A DNA stretch of 64,000 bases from an uncultured Gammaproteobacteria bacterium (GTDB taxonomy: Bacteria; Patescibacteriota; Patescibacteriia; Magasanikbacterales; UBA922), in contig CAZFTR010000001.1 in NCBI GenBank assembly GCA_964522405.1, positions 4,602-68,601 of the forward strand, written 5' to 3'. Positions 10,901 to 19,520 of the stretch are shown piece by piece. The translations under genes and the position numbers were made by a program. Each line of letters begins with the position of its first letter. Position 1 is the stretch's first letter. A model generated the notes under the pieces. The model ran no database searches, was not told the origin of the DNA, and saw nothing but the letters and a program-made list of their open reading frames with translations.

Positions 10901-10972
10901 GCTTCGCCGTCCTCGCCTCTCTTGCTAATCTGCTTTCAGCATTAGCAAGGAGTCTGCGGATTGTCTCATCAA
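10901..10972 (+). repeat. copy 1 of a ~70-nt conserved intergenic element (candidate structured-RNA motif). The other copies are at 36644-36712 and 62304-62372
   Basis: Conserved 5' flank gcttcgccgtcctcgcc, a hairpin with stem CTTGCTAAT/ATTAGCAAG and constant loop CTGCTTTCAGC, and conserved 3' flank ctgcggattgtctcatc. Confidence 0.6.
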
Positions 10973-11039
10973 TCTTTAAGTAATACTTTTTAAAAGCAAA
11001 AATAAACTATATCTTGACCCAGCACCATAAGCCAGAGGG

Positions 11040-11068
11040 TTGACAAAGTCACTTTTTTGTGGTATAAT
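11040..11068 (+). promoter_or_regulatory. sigma-70-like promoter, TTGACA-17nt-TGgTATAAT
   Basis: Perfect -35 TTGACA, 17-nt spacer, and a TG-extended TATAAT -10. It lies about 190 nt upstream of the 11260 gene. Confidence 0.6.
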
Positions 11069-11259
11069 ATATACATCAAAAATAAAAACAAACATAAAAA
11101 TAAACAAATATGAGCCAAATTCGTGGGGTTTCAGATACCCAAATAAAATCTGAAATTTCTTTTGTTTACGCATATCTTCTTACAGGTATCATGCTATTGG
11201 TAGCTGTTTTTTTATTCCTGCCTAGAGTCTCGGTAGGATAAAATATCACAAGTATTTTT

Positions 11260-12129
11260 ATGAGTGTGCAGTCTAAAATTAAAATCTCTCTAACAAGTAT
11301 TTTTTTTGCAATCATGATATTTATTAGTGCAGAGGCAGCACACGCAAATACTAGTAGTGCTTTTTATTTAAACAAAATTAAAGATCAAGCAGTAGATCTA
11401 ACTTCAGATGCAAAAGAATTTATTTCAAACACAGAAAAAACCATGCCATCTGAATTTAAAATATTTATACGTTCGATAAAAGAGCGCTTTTTTATTTTTG
11501 TAACCAGAAACCCGGAACAGAAAATACAAAGACGCCTTGAATACGCAAGAGACAATCTAGAGTTGGCTGATTTATTAAACCAGCAATTAGAAAATGATGA
11601 TTATAAAAGGATTGAGAAGGCTCTAAAAAGGGCAAATAACTATATGGGGGATATTGATATGAACTCAGTTGCTTGGATACCAAAAATTGATCAAGAAAAT
11701 ATGGATGATATCGCCTCCAAGCTTTCAGGGTATCAGATAAAGAGTGAAGATATATTAGATAAAGTTGAATTTCAATTTTCAGGAGAGAATTTGGATAAAT
11801 TTCAAGAATTAAGAGAAGATCTGCTTGGAACTGCCAAAACCATAATTGGAAAATTAAATTTGGAGAGCTTTTCTGGTGATACTAAGCAAAAAATAGTTGA
11901 GGTAAAAAATCAAATACAAACCAGAGAAAAAGATCTAGAAGAATATCAGGCTAAAAGAGAAGCGCTTTTGTATGAAGCCAAGGAGAGTGGAAAAGATACA
12001 CGCATAAAATTAGAAAAATTATACAAAGAACGTCGGGGAACTCTTGGTAAATACCTACAAAGAGCCAAAGAGGGTGGAAAAGAAATAAAGAAGAGTATCA
12101 AGGAGGCGGCTCAAGAAGATACCAGCTAA
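11260..12129 (+). CDS. secreted or membrane-anchored coiled-coil protein, hypothetical
   Basis: N-terminal signal-like segment SLTSIFFAIMIFISAEAAHA followed by a K/E-rich coiled-coil-like sequence. Confidence 0.6.
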   Translation: MSVQSKIKISLTSIFFAIMIFISAEAAHANTSSAFYLNKIKDQAVDLTSDAKEFISNTEKTMPSEFKIFIRSIKERFFIFVTRNPEQKIQRRLEYARDNLELADLLNQQLENDDYKRIEKALKRANNYMGDIDMNSVAWIPKIDQENMDDIASKLSGYQIKSEDILDKVEFQFSGENLDKFQELREDLLGTAKTIIGKLNLESFSGDTKQKIVEVKNQIQTREKDLEEYQAKREALLYEAKESGKDTRIKLEKLYKERRGTLGKYLQRAKEGGKEIKKSIKEAAQEDTS

Positions 12130-12130
12130 T

Positions 12131-12580
12131 ATGTTTTACTTGATTTTGCCTGATATAAGATCTTGTCACAATGTCGGAGCCATGTTTCGTACGGCAGACG
12201 CTTTTCAAGTGTCTAAGATTTTTTTAGTTGGCTATACAGCTTCACCTCCAAAAATACAAATTGATAAAGTCGCACTTGGTGCTGAAAAATGGGTTCCTTT
12301 TGAAAAGGTCGATGATCTTGAATCTCTATTAAAGAGTTTAAAAGAGAAAGGCATTGAGATCATTGCACTTGAAAAGAATAAAAAGAGTAAAGATATCTCT
12401 AAGATTAAACCTAAAAAGCCAATTGCCCTTATTGTTGGTAATGAGGTGGGTGGGATCAGCGAAGACATATTAAAAATTTGTGATAAGGTTGTTCACATCC
12501 CCATGTATGGAAAAAAAGAAAGTCTTAACGTAAGCATAGCAGCGGGAATTGCTATGTTCGAGCTTCATAAAAAAATTTAA
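12131..12580 (+). CDS. SpoU/TrmH-family (SPOUT) RNA 2'-O-methyltransferase, minimal 149-aa form
   Basis: Motifs GNEVGGISEDIL....HIPMYG...SLNVSIAAGIAMFEL match the SpoU methyltransferase C-terminal knot region. Confidence 0.7.
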   Translation: MFYLILPDIRSCHNVGAMFRTADAFQVSKIFLVGYTASPPKIQIDKVALGAEKWVPFEKVDDLESLLKSLKEKGIEIIALEKNKKSKDISKIKPKKPIALIVGNEVGGISEDILKICDKVVHIPMYGKKESLNVSIAAGIAMFELHKKI

Positions 12581-12661
12581 AAGATATTTATTGTTTAAAT
12601 TATCTGCTTCGGGTATACTATTATTAAATAGACTTTATCTGTCAAATAATAGTATTTTTTT

Positions 12662-13360
12662 ATGCATTTACCAATAGTAGCGCATACAATTTCAGTATTT
12701 GAACAAATGTACGACCGTATTCCTCCTGGTGTTCCGGAAGATATTGTTGCTGAATTAGAAACTCAGCTAAAAAGAATCAAATTAGATCATGATTTGAATT
12801 TAGTTGAGGTGGAAGACGCTATGATAGTTGCTGCCAAGAATCTCTGGCCTTACACCAGAGCTTTTCAGGAAATGTATTCTGCATATGCCCGAGATATGTC
12901 AGAGTCATTATTTTTGCAGATGGCTCAAGTTGGTTTGCGCTCTAAATATTCCAGATTTTTAGATTCCGGAGGAAATTTTGAAGATCTACATCGGGGCGTG
13001 GTAGCAGAATATTTTTCAGCAGAAGAGAGAGTTGAGCTCAGTGCTCTCTTGATAGAAATCCAAAATGAAATAAGAAAATTTGCTACTCAGTCACTTACTC
13101 ATTCGGACAAAGAAATATATCAGGAAAAAATAGAAGAATTTACTCAAATAATGGATCATATTGAAGATGAATTAGATCATCTCAGATCACTTGCAGAGCG
13201 TGAAGATGAGCATCCTCAGCTGATTGCAGAGATTAGAGAGCATATAAGGGCTTTTGAGCATGGTTTTGCTTTCCTGGGGCCTTCTGTGGACTATGAGGCG
13301 GTAAAAAATGCCAGAGGCTATGTAGAAGGTCGAAGATTTAATATTAAGATACGGGTATGA
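12662..13360 (+). CDS. hypothetical protein
   Basis: 232-aa ORF preceded by a plausible promoter TTGTTT-17-TATACT (12591-12619). It overlaps the next ORF by 4 nt (ATGA), which suggests operon coupling. Confidence 0.5.
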   Translation: MHLPIVAHTISVFEQMYDRIPPGVPEDIVAELETQLKRIKLDHDLNLVEVEDAMIVAAKNLWPYTRAFQEMYSAYARDMSESLFLQMAQVGLRSKYSRFLDSGGNFEDLHRGVVAEYFSAEERVELSALLIEIQNEIRKFATQSLTHSDKEIYQEKIEEFTQIMDHIEDELDHLRSLAEREDEHPQLIAEIREHIRAFEHGFAFLGPSVDYEAVKNARGYVEGRRFNIKIRV

Positions 13361-13731
13361 GACCAAAAGCAGAACCAACTAGAAAATCTGGATCAGTCGA
13401 AGTAGAGCTAGACACTGATTTAGATGTTGCTTCTGATGATTTTGATGATGATAGTGAAACTTTAAATAGACTTGCAGATGTTGTATCGGAAGAGCAATTA
13501 AGTGAGGGTGAATTTGTAAGATCTTATAGAGATAATGATGTCCTTTCCAGTTTAAACGATGGATTGAACACTGCATATGAAATATTGTCTGATTTGTTGA
13601 GTGGGCAGAAATTTGCCAATGTGTCCCCCGAACAAAGAGTACAGATGGAAAAAAGAATGCGTGATCGTATTGCCCAATATCATAGACAAATCGAAAAAAT
13701 AAAAGATCCTAATAGATTAAAACATGAATAA
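13357..13731 (+). CDS. hypothetical acidic protein
   Basis: 124-aa Asp/Glu-rich ORF, translationally coupled to the upstream ORF. Confidence 0.45.
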   Translation: MRPKAEPTRKSGSVEVELDTDLDVASDDFDDDSETLNRLADVVSEEQLSEGEFVRSYRDNDVLSSLNDGLNTAYEILSDLLSGQKFANVSPEQRVQMEKRMRDRIAQYHRQIEKIKDPNRLKHE

Positions 13732-14248
13732 TTCTAAAAAAATAATTTTGGTGGTTGCTAGTCAGGGTTTTCAGCCACATGAATATTTTGGTACCAAAGA
13801 AGTTCTTGAAAATGCCGGACTCCAAGTTCTTACTGCTAGTAATAAAATCGGAATAGCTCACTCAAGTGATGAGAGAGAAACTCAGGTAGATATGCTGGTT
13901 AGTGATATAGATCCCGAATTAGCTGATGGATTATTCTTCATTGGTGGACCCGGTGCTATGGATCATCTAAATAATGAAACAAGTTATCAAGTACTTAGAA
14001 AATGGCAAGAATCTGGAAAACCATTTGGCGCAATATGTATCTCTCCTAGAATTTTGGCCCATGCCGGAGTTTTGAAAGGGAAAAAAGCAACTGGCTGGAA
14101 TGGTGATAGTGAGTTAGAAGGAGTATTTAGTGAATTTAATGTTAATTTATCAAATGAAAACGTTATAATAGATGAAAATATTATAACTGCAAATGGTCCG
14201 GAAGCTGCAGAAGATTTTGGTAGAGCAATTGCAGGACTTTTTTCTTAG
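13724..14248 (+). CDS. DJ-1/PfpI (ThiJ) family protein
   Basis: FIGGPGAMDHL and the nucleophile-elbow segment GAICISPRILAHAGVL are typical of DJ-1/PfpI. Confidence 0.75.
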   Translation: MNNSKKIILVVASQGFQPHEYFGTKEVLENAGLQVLTASNKIGIAHSSDERETQVDMLVSDIDPELADGLFFIGGPGAMDHLNNETSYQVLRKWQESGKPFGAICISPRILAHAGVLKGKKATGWNGDSELEGVFSEFNVNLSNENVIIDENIITANGPEAAEDFGRAIAGLFS

Positions 14249-14267
14249 ATTTTCAAATTATAAATTT

Positions 14268-14294
14268 AAAAAACCCGAGTTATCGGGTTTTTAT
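14268..14294. terminator. bidirectional intrinsic terminator between convergent genes
   Basis: aaaaaaCCCGAgttaTCGGGttttt: a GC stem flanked by an A-run and a T-run. Confidence 0.7.
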
Positions 14295-14308
14295 ATTTTC
14301 TTTGGTAA

Positions 14309-14905
14309 TTATTTTAATTCATATGATCCAAATATTTCTCTACAAGTACACAGATTTCCTAAATGACAAAGTGTTAGCTTTGAAGCTCTGAATTTAAGAG
14401 GTAATTGATCATAAACAGGTTCATTTTTGCATTTCAAACTTATATGACCTTGGAAATTTTCAGGATTTTGATGATCTTTTTTGTAATTTTCTACCCAGTA
14501 TTTTGAAATAGGTTCAACCGGCTGATCTTGGTTAAACATTTCTATTTCTACCTTGTGGGTTAAAATTGAATCTAGTTGTTTCATTATTTCACCATGTAAG
14601 TCAGCAAGCTCTTTTGATGGTTTAATTTCAAAATAGAATGATTTTTTTCCATCAGGTTTAATATGTGTTGAAACTTTTGAAATTTCTAAATCAATTGAAT
14701 TGAATTTTTCGCTAATCTCTCCAAGTTTTTTGTTTATCAAATCAATTCGTGTTTTTTCTATTACTCCCATCGCTAGAGTAATATGAGGAAGATTATTTTT
14801 GTCATTGAATGCTGACAAGGGTGTAAATGTTTTGTTTAAGTTTATTGCAAGGTCAAGAATTTCTTTTGGTGGGATAAGGGCGACATCTATTGCAATTTTA
14901 GACAT
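14309..14905 (-). CDS. 2H phosphoesterase (LigT/ThpR-like, 2'-5' RNA ligase family)
   Basis: Two H-x-T/S-x motifs, LPHITLAMG and QGHISLK, at the spacing typical of the 2H superfamily. Confidence 0.65.
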   Translation of the reverse strand: MSKIAIDVALIPPKEILDLAINLNKTFTPLSAFNDKNNLPHITLAMGVIEKTRIDLINKKLGEISEKFNSIDLEISKVSTHIKPDGKKSFYFEIKPSKELADLHGEIMKQLDSILTHKVEIEMFNQDQPVEPISKYWVENYKKDHQNPENFQGHISLKCKNEPVYDQLPLKFRASKLTLCHLGNLCTCREIFGSYELK

Positions 14906-14925
14906 ATTTTGTAAGAGGCTTGTAT

Positions 14926-16287
14926 TTATTCTGTCTCAATAACAATCATTTGTTCAAGTCTACGAATATCTGCCAGAAGTTCAGATCGATCTTTGTTGAA
15001 CATGATAATATTGAATACACTGCTTCCGCCATGTTTGGCATAAAGACAGGAGTCTCCAATTTTTTTGTTTACGTAAATTCTTTTGAAGGATTTGAGATCT
15101 TGAGCTTTTTTGATACCAGTCATTTTTGAGAGTTTTCCTTCTTTTTGGGCAAAGAATTTCATAGCAACTGTATACCCCTTTACTTTTTTTAGAATTTCAG
15201 GTTTTTTAGGTAATTTAATCAACACATCATTCATGGTGTGGTTTATTCCATAAGAAAATTCATACATCATATGTCGAAAACCACCAACTCGAGGATTAAC
15301 TTCAATTATTTTCCAACCTTCTTCTGTTTTGAGTAGTTCGATGTGCGCGGTTGTGCTGCGAAGCGCAAGCGCATATATAGATTCTGCGGCAACTAACTTT
15401 GCTGTGTCTGCATTTGCTTCGTTTAATAGTGTTGGAGTTATTTGTCTATAGCCGAAGAAATCATCAAATCCAATACTTTTTCCAGGCTTAACATGAACTA
15501 TTGGACAAAAATAAATTTTACCTTTTGGATCAACATATGCATCGATAGAATACATCTCACCTTCCATAAATTTTTCAACCAGCACTTTCGGCTCACCTTT
15601 TCCACCATTCTCTTTGTAAACAGCTTCAATTTTTTTAAAAACTTTTTTCAGGACCTCTTCAAGTTCTTCTCTGTGATAGCAAATAGAAACAAGTCTGCTG
15701 GCAGCAAGGCCAGAAGGTTTGACTATGAGGGGATAGCCCACTTTTTCTTCTACTTCTTTTATAGTTTGCTTTGATAGTTTTTTAACTATGGTAAAAGGAG
15801 GGGTAATCTCAGGATCATGTGCAAAGAGTCTTTCTCGAGAAGCGATTTTGTCGCTGGACCATCTGAGAGATCTAACTGTAGGATTATTTACAAAAGGAAC
15901 ATGAGGAATTAATTTTTTTAGGAGAGGAAGTTCATCTTCTGATCTGGTTGTTAAAACTAAAATCTCATCTTGATAGGGTTTTAATGCTTGTTGAATCGCT
16001 ATTTCAGAAGAAGTGTCGCAGCTAAGTTTAAGGTCAAGCCTATCAATTGCATTTTTAGTAAATTCATCTAATTTTGTTTTGGAATCATAGATAAGTCCAA
16101 TGCGAAATTTTCTTTTTTCTTTTTTCTCGTATGCTTTTATGGCATCAATCATGTGTCCATAAATTTTACCAACATAGAGAATCAGATCTTTTTCTTTTTT
16201 ATTTTTTTCATCTTCGTTTGTGCGAATAACTTGATGATAAAGTTTTCCAACCAACTGTGTAATATTTTTTTCTATCCTTGAAGGCAT
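14926..16287 (-). CDS. ATP-grasp domain protein
   Basis: The C-terminal half (...EGEMYSIDAYVD...HIELLKTEEGWKIIEVNPRVGG) matches the ATP-grasp fold. The N-terminal ~180 aa are unassigned. Confidence 0.6.
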   Translation of the reverse strand: MPSRIEKNITQLVGKLYHQVIRTNEDEKNKKEKDLILYVGKIYGHMIDAIKAYEKKEKRKFRIGLIYDSKTKLDEFTKNAIDRLDLKLSCDTSSEIAIQQALKPYQDEILVLTTRSEDELPLLKKLIPHVPFVNNPTVRSLRWSSDKIASRERLFAHDPEITPPFTIVKKLSKQTIKEVEEKVGYPLIVKPSGLAASRLVSICYHREELEEVLKKVFKKIEAVYKENGGKGEPKVLVEKFMEGEMYSIDAYVDPKGKIYFCPIVHVKPGKSIGFDDFFGYRQITPTLLNEANADTAKLVAAESIYALALRSTTAHIELLKTEEGWKIIEVNPRVGGFRHMMYEFSYGINHTMNDVLIKLPKKPEILKKVKGYTVAMKFFAQKEGKLSKMTGIKKAQDLKSFKRIYVNKKIGDSCLYAKHGGSSVFNIIMFNKDRSELLADIRRLEQMIVIETE

Positions 16288-16381
16288 AAAATATATAATA
16301 AAATTACGTGGTTTAGTATAACAATTTTTCTGAGCTAGGTCAATGCTCTAAATCAAAAAATTAGCTAGTTTTAGCTAATTT

Positions 16382-17350
16382 TTATAGTGATTTTGGAGAA
16401 ATTTTACTGTGCTCTTTTACAATCGTCGAGATTTTTCTTTTATTTGCTAATCCTTTTTGCGCTCCAAATTCTTGAATAACGCTTACGGCATTGGCAGTTC
16501 CCCATTGCATGGCTTCGGCAATAGTTTTGTTGTTAATAATGGCTCCCATGAATCCACTTGCATAAGCATCACCTGCACCTGTTTTGGCAACAGCTTTTAT
16601 AGGATAGGCTTTCATGAATAGAAAATTTTCTCCATCATAAGTGTACGATCCTTCTGTTCCGTCAGTAATTACAACTGTTTTAACACCTTTTTTATGAATT
16701 GCTTTTAGACTGCTTTTTATATTTCGTTTTGAATTCAAAATAGTTGCAGCTTCTTCTCTGTTTACAAACAAAATATCAGTTTTGTCTAGCATCTCGCAGA
16801 CTTTTTTCAATCCATGCTTGAATTGAAATGAGCCAGGGTTCATGGCAATCTTGATTGAGGGATGTTTCTTTAGGTGAGAACAAAGTTGTTTTTGTAGACT
16901 AGAAAAAGATTTTCCAAGTGAAGTGTAATAGATCCACTTAGTTGCTGGAATTTTCATCAGGCTATAGCTGCGTGGAGCATGATACGAGAGTACTGTTCTT
17001 TCACTTTTATAATTTAGAATAATTGAGTATCTAGTTGCTTTTGATTTAAGGATTTTTATATTACCGGTATCAACTCCTGAATCTTTTAATTCATGTTCTA
17101 TAATATGACCTGTAATATCTTCTCCGAGTTCTGTAATTATTGAAGTACTTAGCCCTAGCTTTTTAAGGCCAACTGCAATATTGGCAGCGTTTCCACCGGT
17201 TGATTGGGCACTGTTTTTGATAGGGGTTTTATCAGCATAATTTATACAAAGAAGCTTCTTGTCCCTGTGCATGCCCACAGAAGAGGACTCGTCGTCTAAA
17301 ACTAGAAATGTGTCAAAAGTTGCGTCTCCAATTGTGACTAGATCAAACAT
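16382..17350 (-). CDS. PfkB-family carbohydrate kinase (ribokinase-like)
   Basis: N-terminal GG motif (STGGNAANIAVGL) and C-terminal PfkB signature AVAKTGAGDAYASGFMGA. Confidence 0.8.
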   Translation of the reverse strand: MFDLVTIGDATFDTFLVLDDESSSVGMHRDKKLLCINYADKTPIKNSAQSTGGNAANIAVGLKKLGLSTSIITELGEDITGHIIEHELKDSGVDTGNIKILKSKATRYSIILNYKSERTVLSYHAPRSYSLMKIPATKWIYYTSLGKSFSSLQKQLCSHLKKHPSIKIAMNPGSFQFKHGLKKVCEMLDKTDILFVNREEAATILNSKRNIKSSLKAIHKKGVKTVVITDGTEGSYTYDGENFLFMKAYPIKAVAKTGAGDAYASGFMGAIINNKTIAEAMQWGTANAVSVIQEFGAQKGLANKRKISTIVKEHSKISPKSL

Positions 17351-17355
17351 ATTTT

Positions 17356-17664
17356 CTATTTTATTTTTTTGTATTTTTTGAGATCCTGCTTATCGTGCTT
17401 GTGAAGTCCCATATATATTTCAACAATCTCTATTAAAGAAGCTATTGCAAGTCCACCCATTGCAATGATAAAAATTATATTACTAATAAAAAGCGCATAC
17501 ACTAACAAACATGATGCTCCAATCAATTTGACCAAATCTTGGCGTCTTTCTTGCTCTAGGAATACACTATAGGCAAGCAAAAGAGCTCCAATAATGGCAA
17601 CAATATAAACTAAGGCTTCAGTAGTCGTTATGGGTAGATTTGGAAGATATTTTTCTAAAAGCAT
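17356..17664 (-). CDS. small membrane protein, hypothetical
   Basis: 102 aa with three predicted TM helices. Confidence 0.45.
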   Translation of the reverse strand: MLLEKYLPNLPITTTEALVYIVAIIGALLLAYSVFLEQERRQDLVKLIGASCLLVYALFISNIIFIIAMGGLAIASLIEIVEIYMGLHKHDKQDLKKYKKIK

Positions 17665-17703
17665 AGTATTTTTATCGGTGTTTAGTATATCATAGCTCTA
17701 AAA

Positions 17704-19329
17704 TCAATCCAATATGCCATCTGGGAGTTGTTTTTTTATAGAATTTTTATTTTTTAACAAGTATAAAGTATTATTTGGGTTCCAACCTTTGATTTTTTCT
17801 TGCTCAATAACGTCAAATCCTTCGATCGGAGAAAAACTCAGAGCATAATCAGAAGTATTATTCACAAAAACATGACGTATCCACCACGGGCTACCAACCG
17901 GACCATGGGTTTTGTCTGATTCCTGAGCCGACCAGTAAGATTGGAATCCATTCCATTCATATCCAGCATCAATATGGTAAGTTTCCAGATCTGATTTAAA
18001 TAAAATATTTTCAGCCATATTCCATCTGGTTTTGTTCCAATTCATATAAAATGAAGTTTGACTAATGCTAAATATGGCAAAAATTAATAAACAAGTTCCA
18101 ATGGCAATTTTCGATATTTCTTTTTCTTGTAATTTTGCAACTAAAAGGATTGAAATCACAAAGAAAATTGGTAGAAAATATCGATCAAAACTTACAAATA
18201 GTAGAATTGGAATTAAAAATAAAATTCCAAAGAGATATACAAAATTTAACTCCTGTTTTTTTTCAGTTTTGTTTCTTAAAATCATGTAAATCAACCATCC
18301 GGCACTGGCAGCAGATATAATGGTGATAATTCCCAGAATTTTACTCGGAATAAGAGATGTGAATTCACCTCGCAGAACTCCCTGCATCGGTCCAAGTCCA
18401 TTTAGATTTATGATATTTGCTACATAGGGAAATTGCAGTAGTTTAATTTGTCTTATTAGGATCGCAATTATAATTGGGATAAGGGTGGTAGCCAAAAGCA
18501 ATTTGTCTTTGATTTTATTCAAATTTTTAATTCCCCAAGAAATAGAAAAAGGTAAAACAAAAAAACCAATATAAACAAAACTATACCAGAGCCACCAGAG
18601 CCCATTTATCAGAGTTTTTTTCAATCCAGGAATTTCATGGAGAGTAAAAGTATCTGGCAGAAAACCATTTTTCCATAAAAACCAATAAATTAGACAACCG
18701 AGAATTGCTGGGATGCCATAACTCCATAATAGGTTTTTGAATTTGATGTTTTTTAATTGTGTTAGAGAATAAATTCCGGCTGCAATCATGGCAACAATAT
18801 TTGTTTGTCGTGTATATGTTCCAAGAACCACGACAAGTCCAGCAAATAGTAACCAAATCGCTTTTTTGCTTACAAATCCTCTGTAGTACAGGTAAACAGA
18901 TAAGACAATGAAGAAGAGCCCGGGAATATCTGTCATAAAAGTAAAAGACAGATTATAGAAAATTGGATTTAGCCAGATTATTAGCGCAGCAAATAAGGCG
19001 AGTTTTTGTTTTTTGGTTATTTCAGCAATTAATTGATATGTAAGTAGAAGTGTTGCAAGAGACAGTACTAAAGTTGAAATACGTAGAGCAGAAAAAGAAA
19101 AAGTAAAAATTTTAGAAATGCCAACTCCAATAAGAATTGGCACATAAAAAGTCGGTCCGGCAAATGGATTCATGCGAAATTCACCAGTATTTACCCAGTG
19201 TTTGATAATTTCAGAGTGAACCCAGTCATCGTTCAGTGCAAATTCTCCGATTGGTGAAATAAAAACAAATTGGAGTAGAAAAAGTCCAATTATGATTAGT
19301 TGATATTTGTATTTTTTTAGGAAGTGCAT
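17704..19329 (-). CDS. polytopic membrane protein with a C-terminal soluble domain, possibly an ArnT/PMT-like glycosyltransferase
   Basis: Ten or more hydrophobic helices. The true start is taken as MHFLKKYK at 19329; the tracked ORF's first 66 codons read through the GC-rich repeat and look spurious. The family assignment is tentative. Confidence 0.5.
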   Translation of the reverse strand: MHFLKKYKYQLIIIGLFLLQFVFISPIGEFALNDDWVHSEIIKHWVNTGEFRMNPFAGPTFYVPILIGVGISKIFTFSFSALRISTLVLSLATLLLTYQLIAEITKKQKLALFAALIIWLNPIFYNLSFTFMTDIPGLFFIVLSVYLYYRGFVSKKAIWLLFAGLVVVLGTYTRQTNIVAMIAAGIYSLTQLKNIKFKNLLWSYGIPAILGCLIYWFLWKNGFLPDTFTLHEIPGLKKTLINGLWWLWYSFVYIGFFVLPFSISWGIKNLNKIKDKLLLATTLIPIIIAILIRQIKLLQFPYVANIINLNGLGPMQGVLRGEFTSLIPSKILGIITIISAASAGWLIYMILRNKTEKKQELNFVYLFGILFLIPILLFVSFDRYFLPIFFVISILLVAKLQEKEISKIAIGTCLLIFAIFSISQTSFYMNWNKTRWNMAENILFKSDLETYHIDAGYEWNGFQSYWSAQESDKTHGPVGSPWWIRHVFVNNTSDYALSFSPIEGFDVIEQEKIKGWNPNNTLYLLKNKNSIKKQLPDGILD

Positions 19330-19441
19330 ATTGTAAATGCTTGTCTCGCCCAAAGGATGGGATCCCGTCCAGTGAAAATTGGCGGGAAAAGGCTTAAAAA
19401 GCCTGAGAGATGACAGCGCTGTTATCCATAGTCTCCATTGT

Positions 19442-19520
19442 CGCCCATTCCACGTTCGCCGACAAGGGACTAAGAACAGGCGGCGCGCGAGCACCAGCCA
19501 GGCGCGTGTTGATTTACCAG
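19442..19520. repeat. GC-rich 79-nt perfect direct repeat, copy 1
   Basis: Sequence cgcccattccacgttcgccgacaagggactaagaacaggcggcgcgcgagcaccagccaggcgcgtgttgatttaccag is identical to 19875-19953. It is about 60% GC in an AT-rich context. Confidence 0.9.

Noticed and set aside
10976-11173. 65-aa minus-strand ORF between the giant-protein operon and the 11260 gene
   Set aside because: It overlaps a consensus plus-strand promoter and AT-rich leader. It has no SD and no conservation signal.
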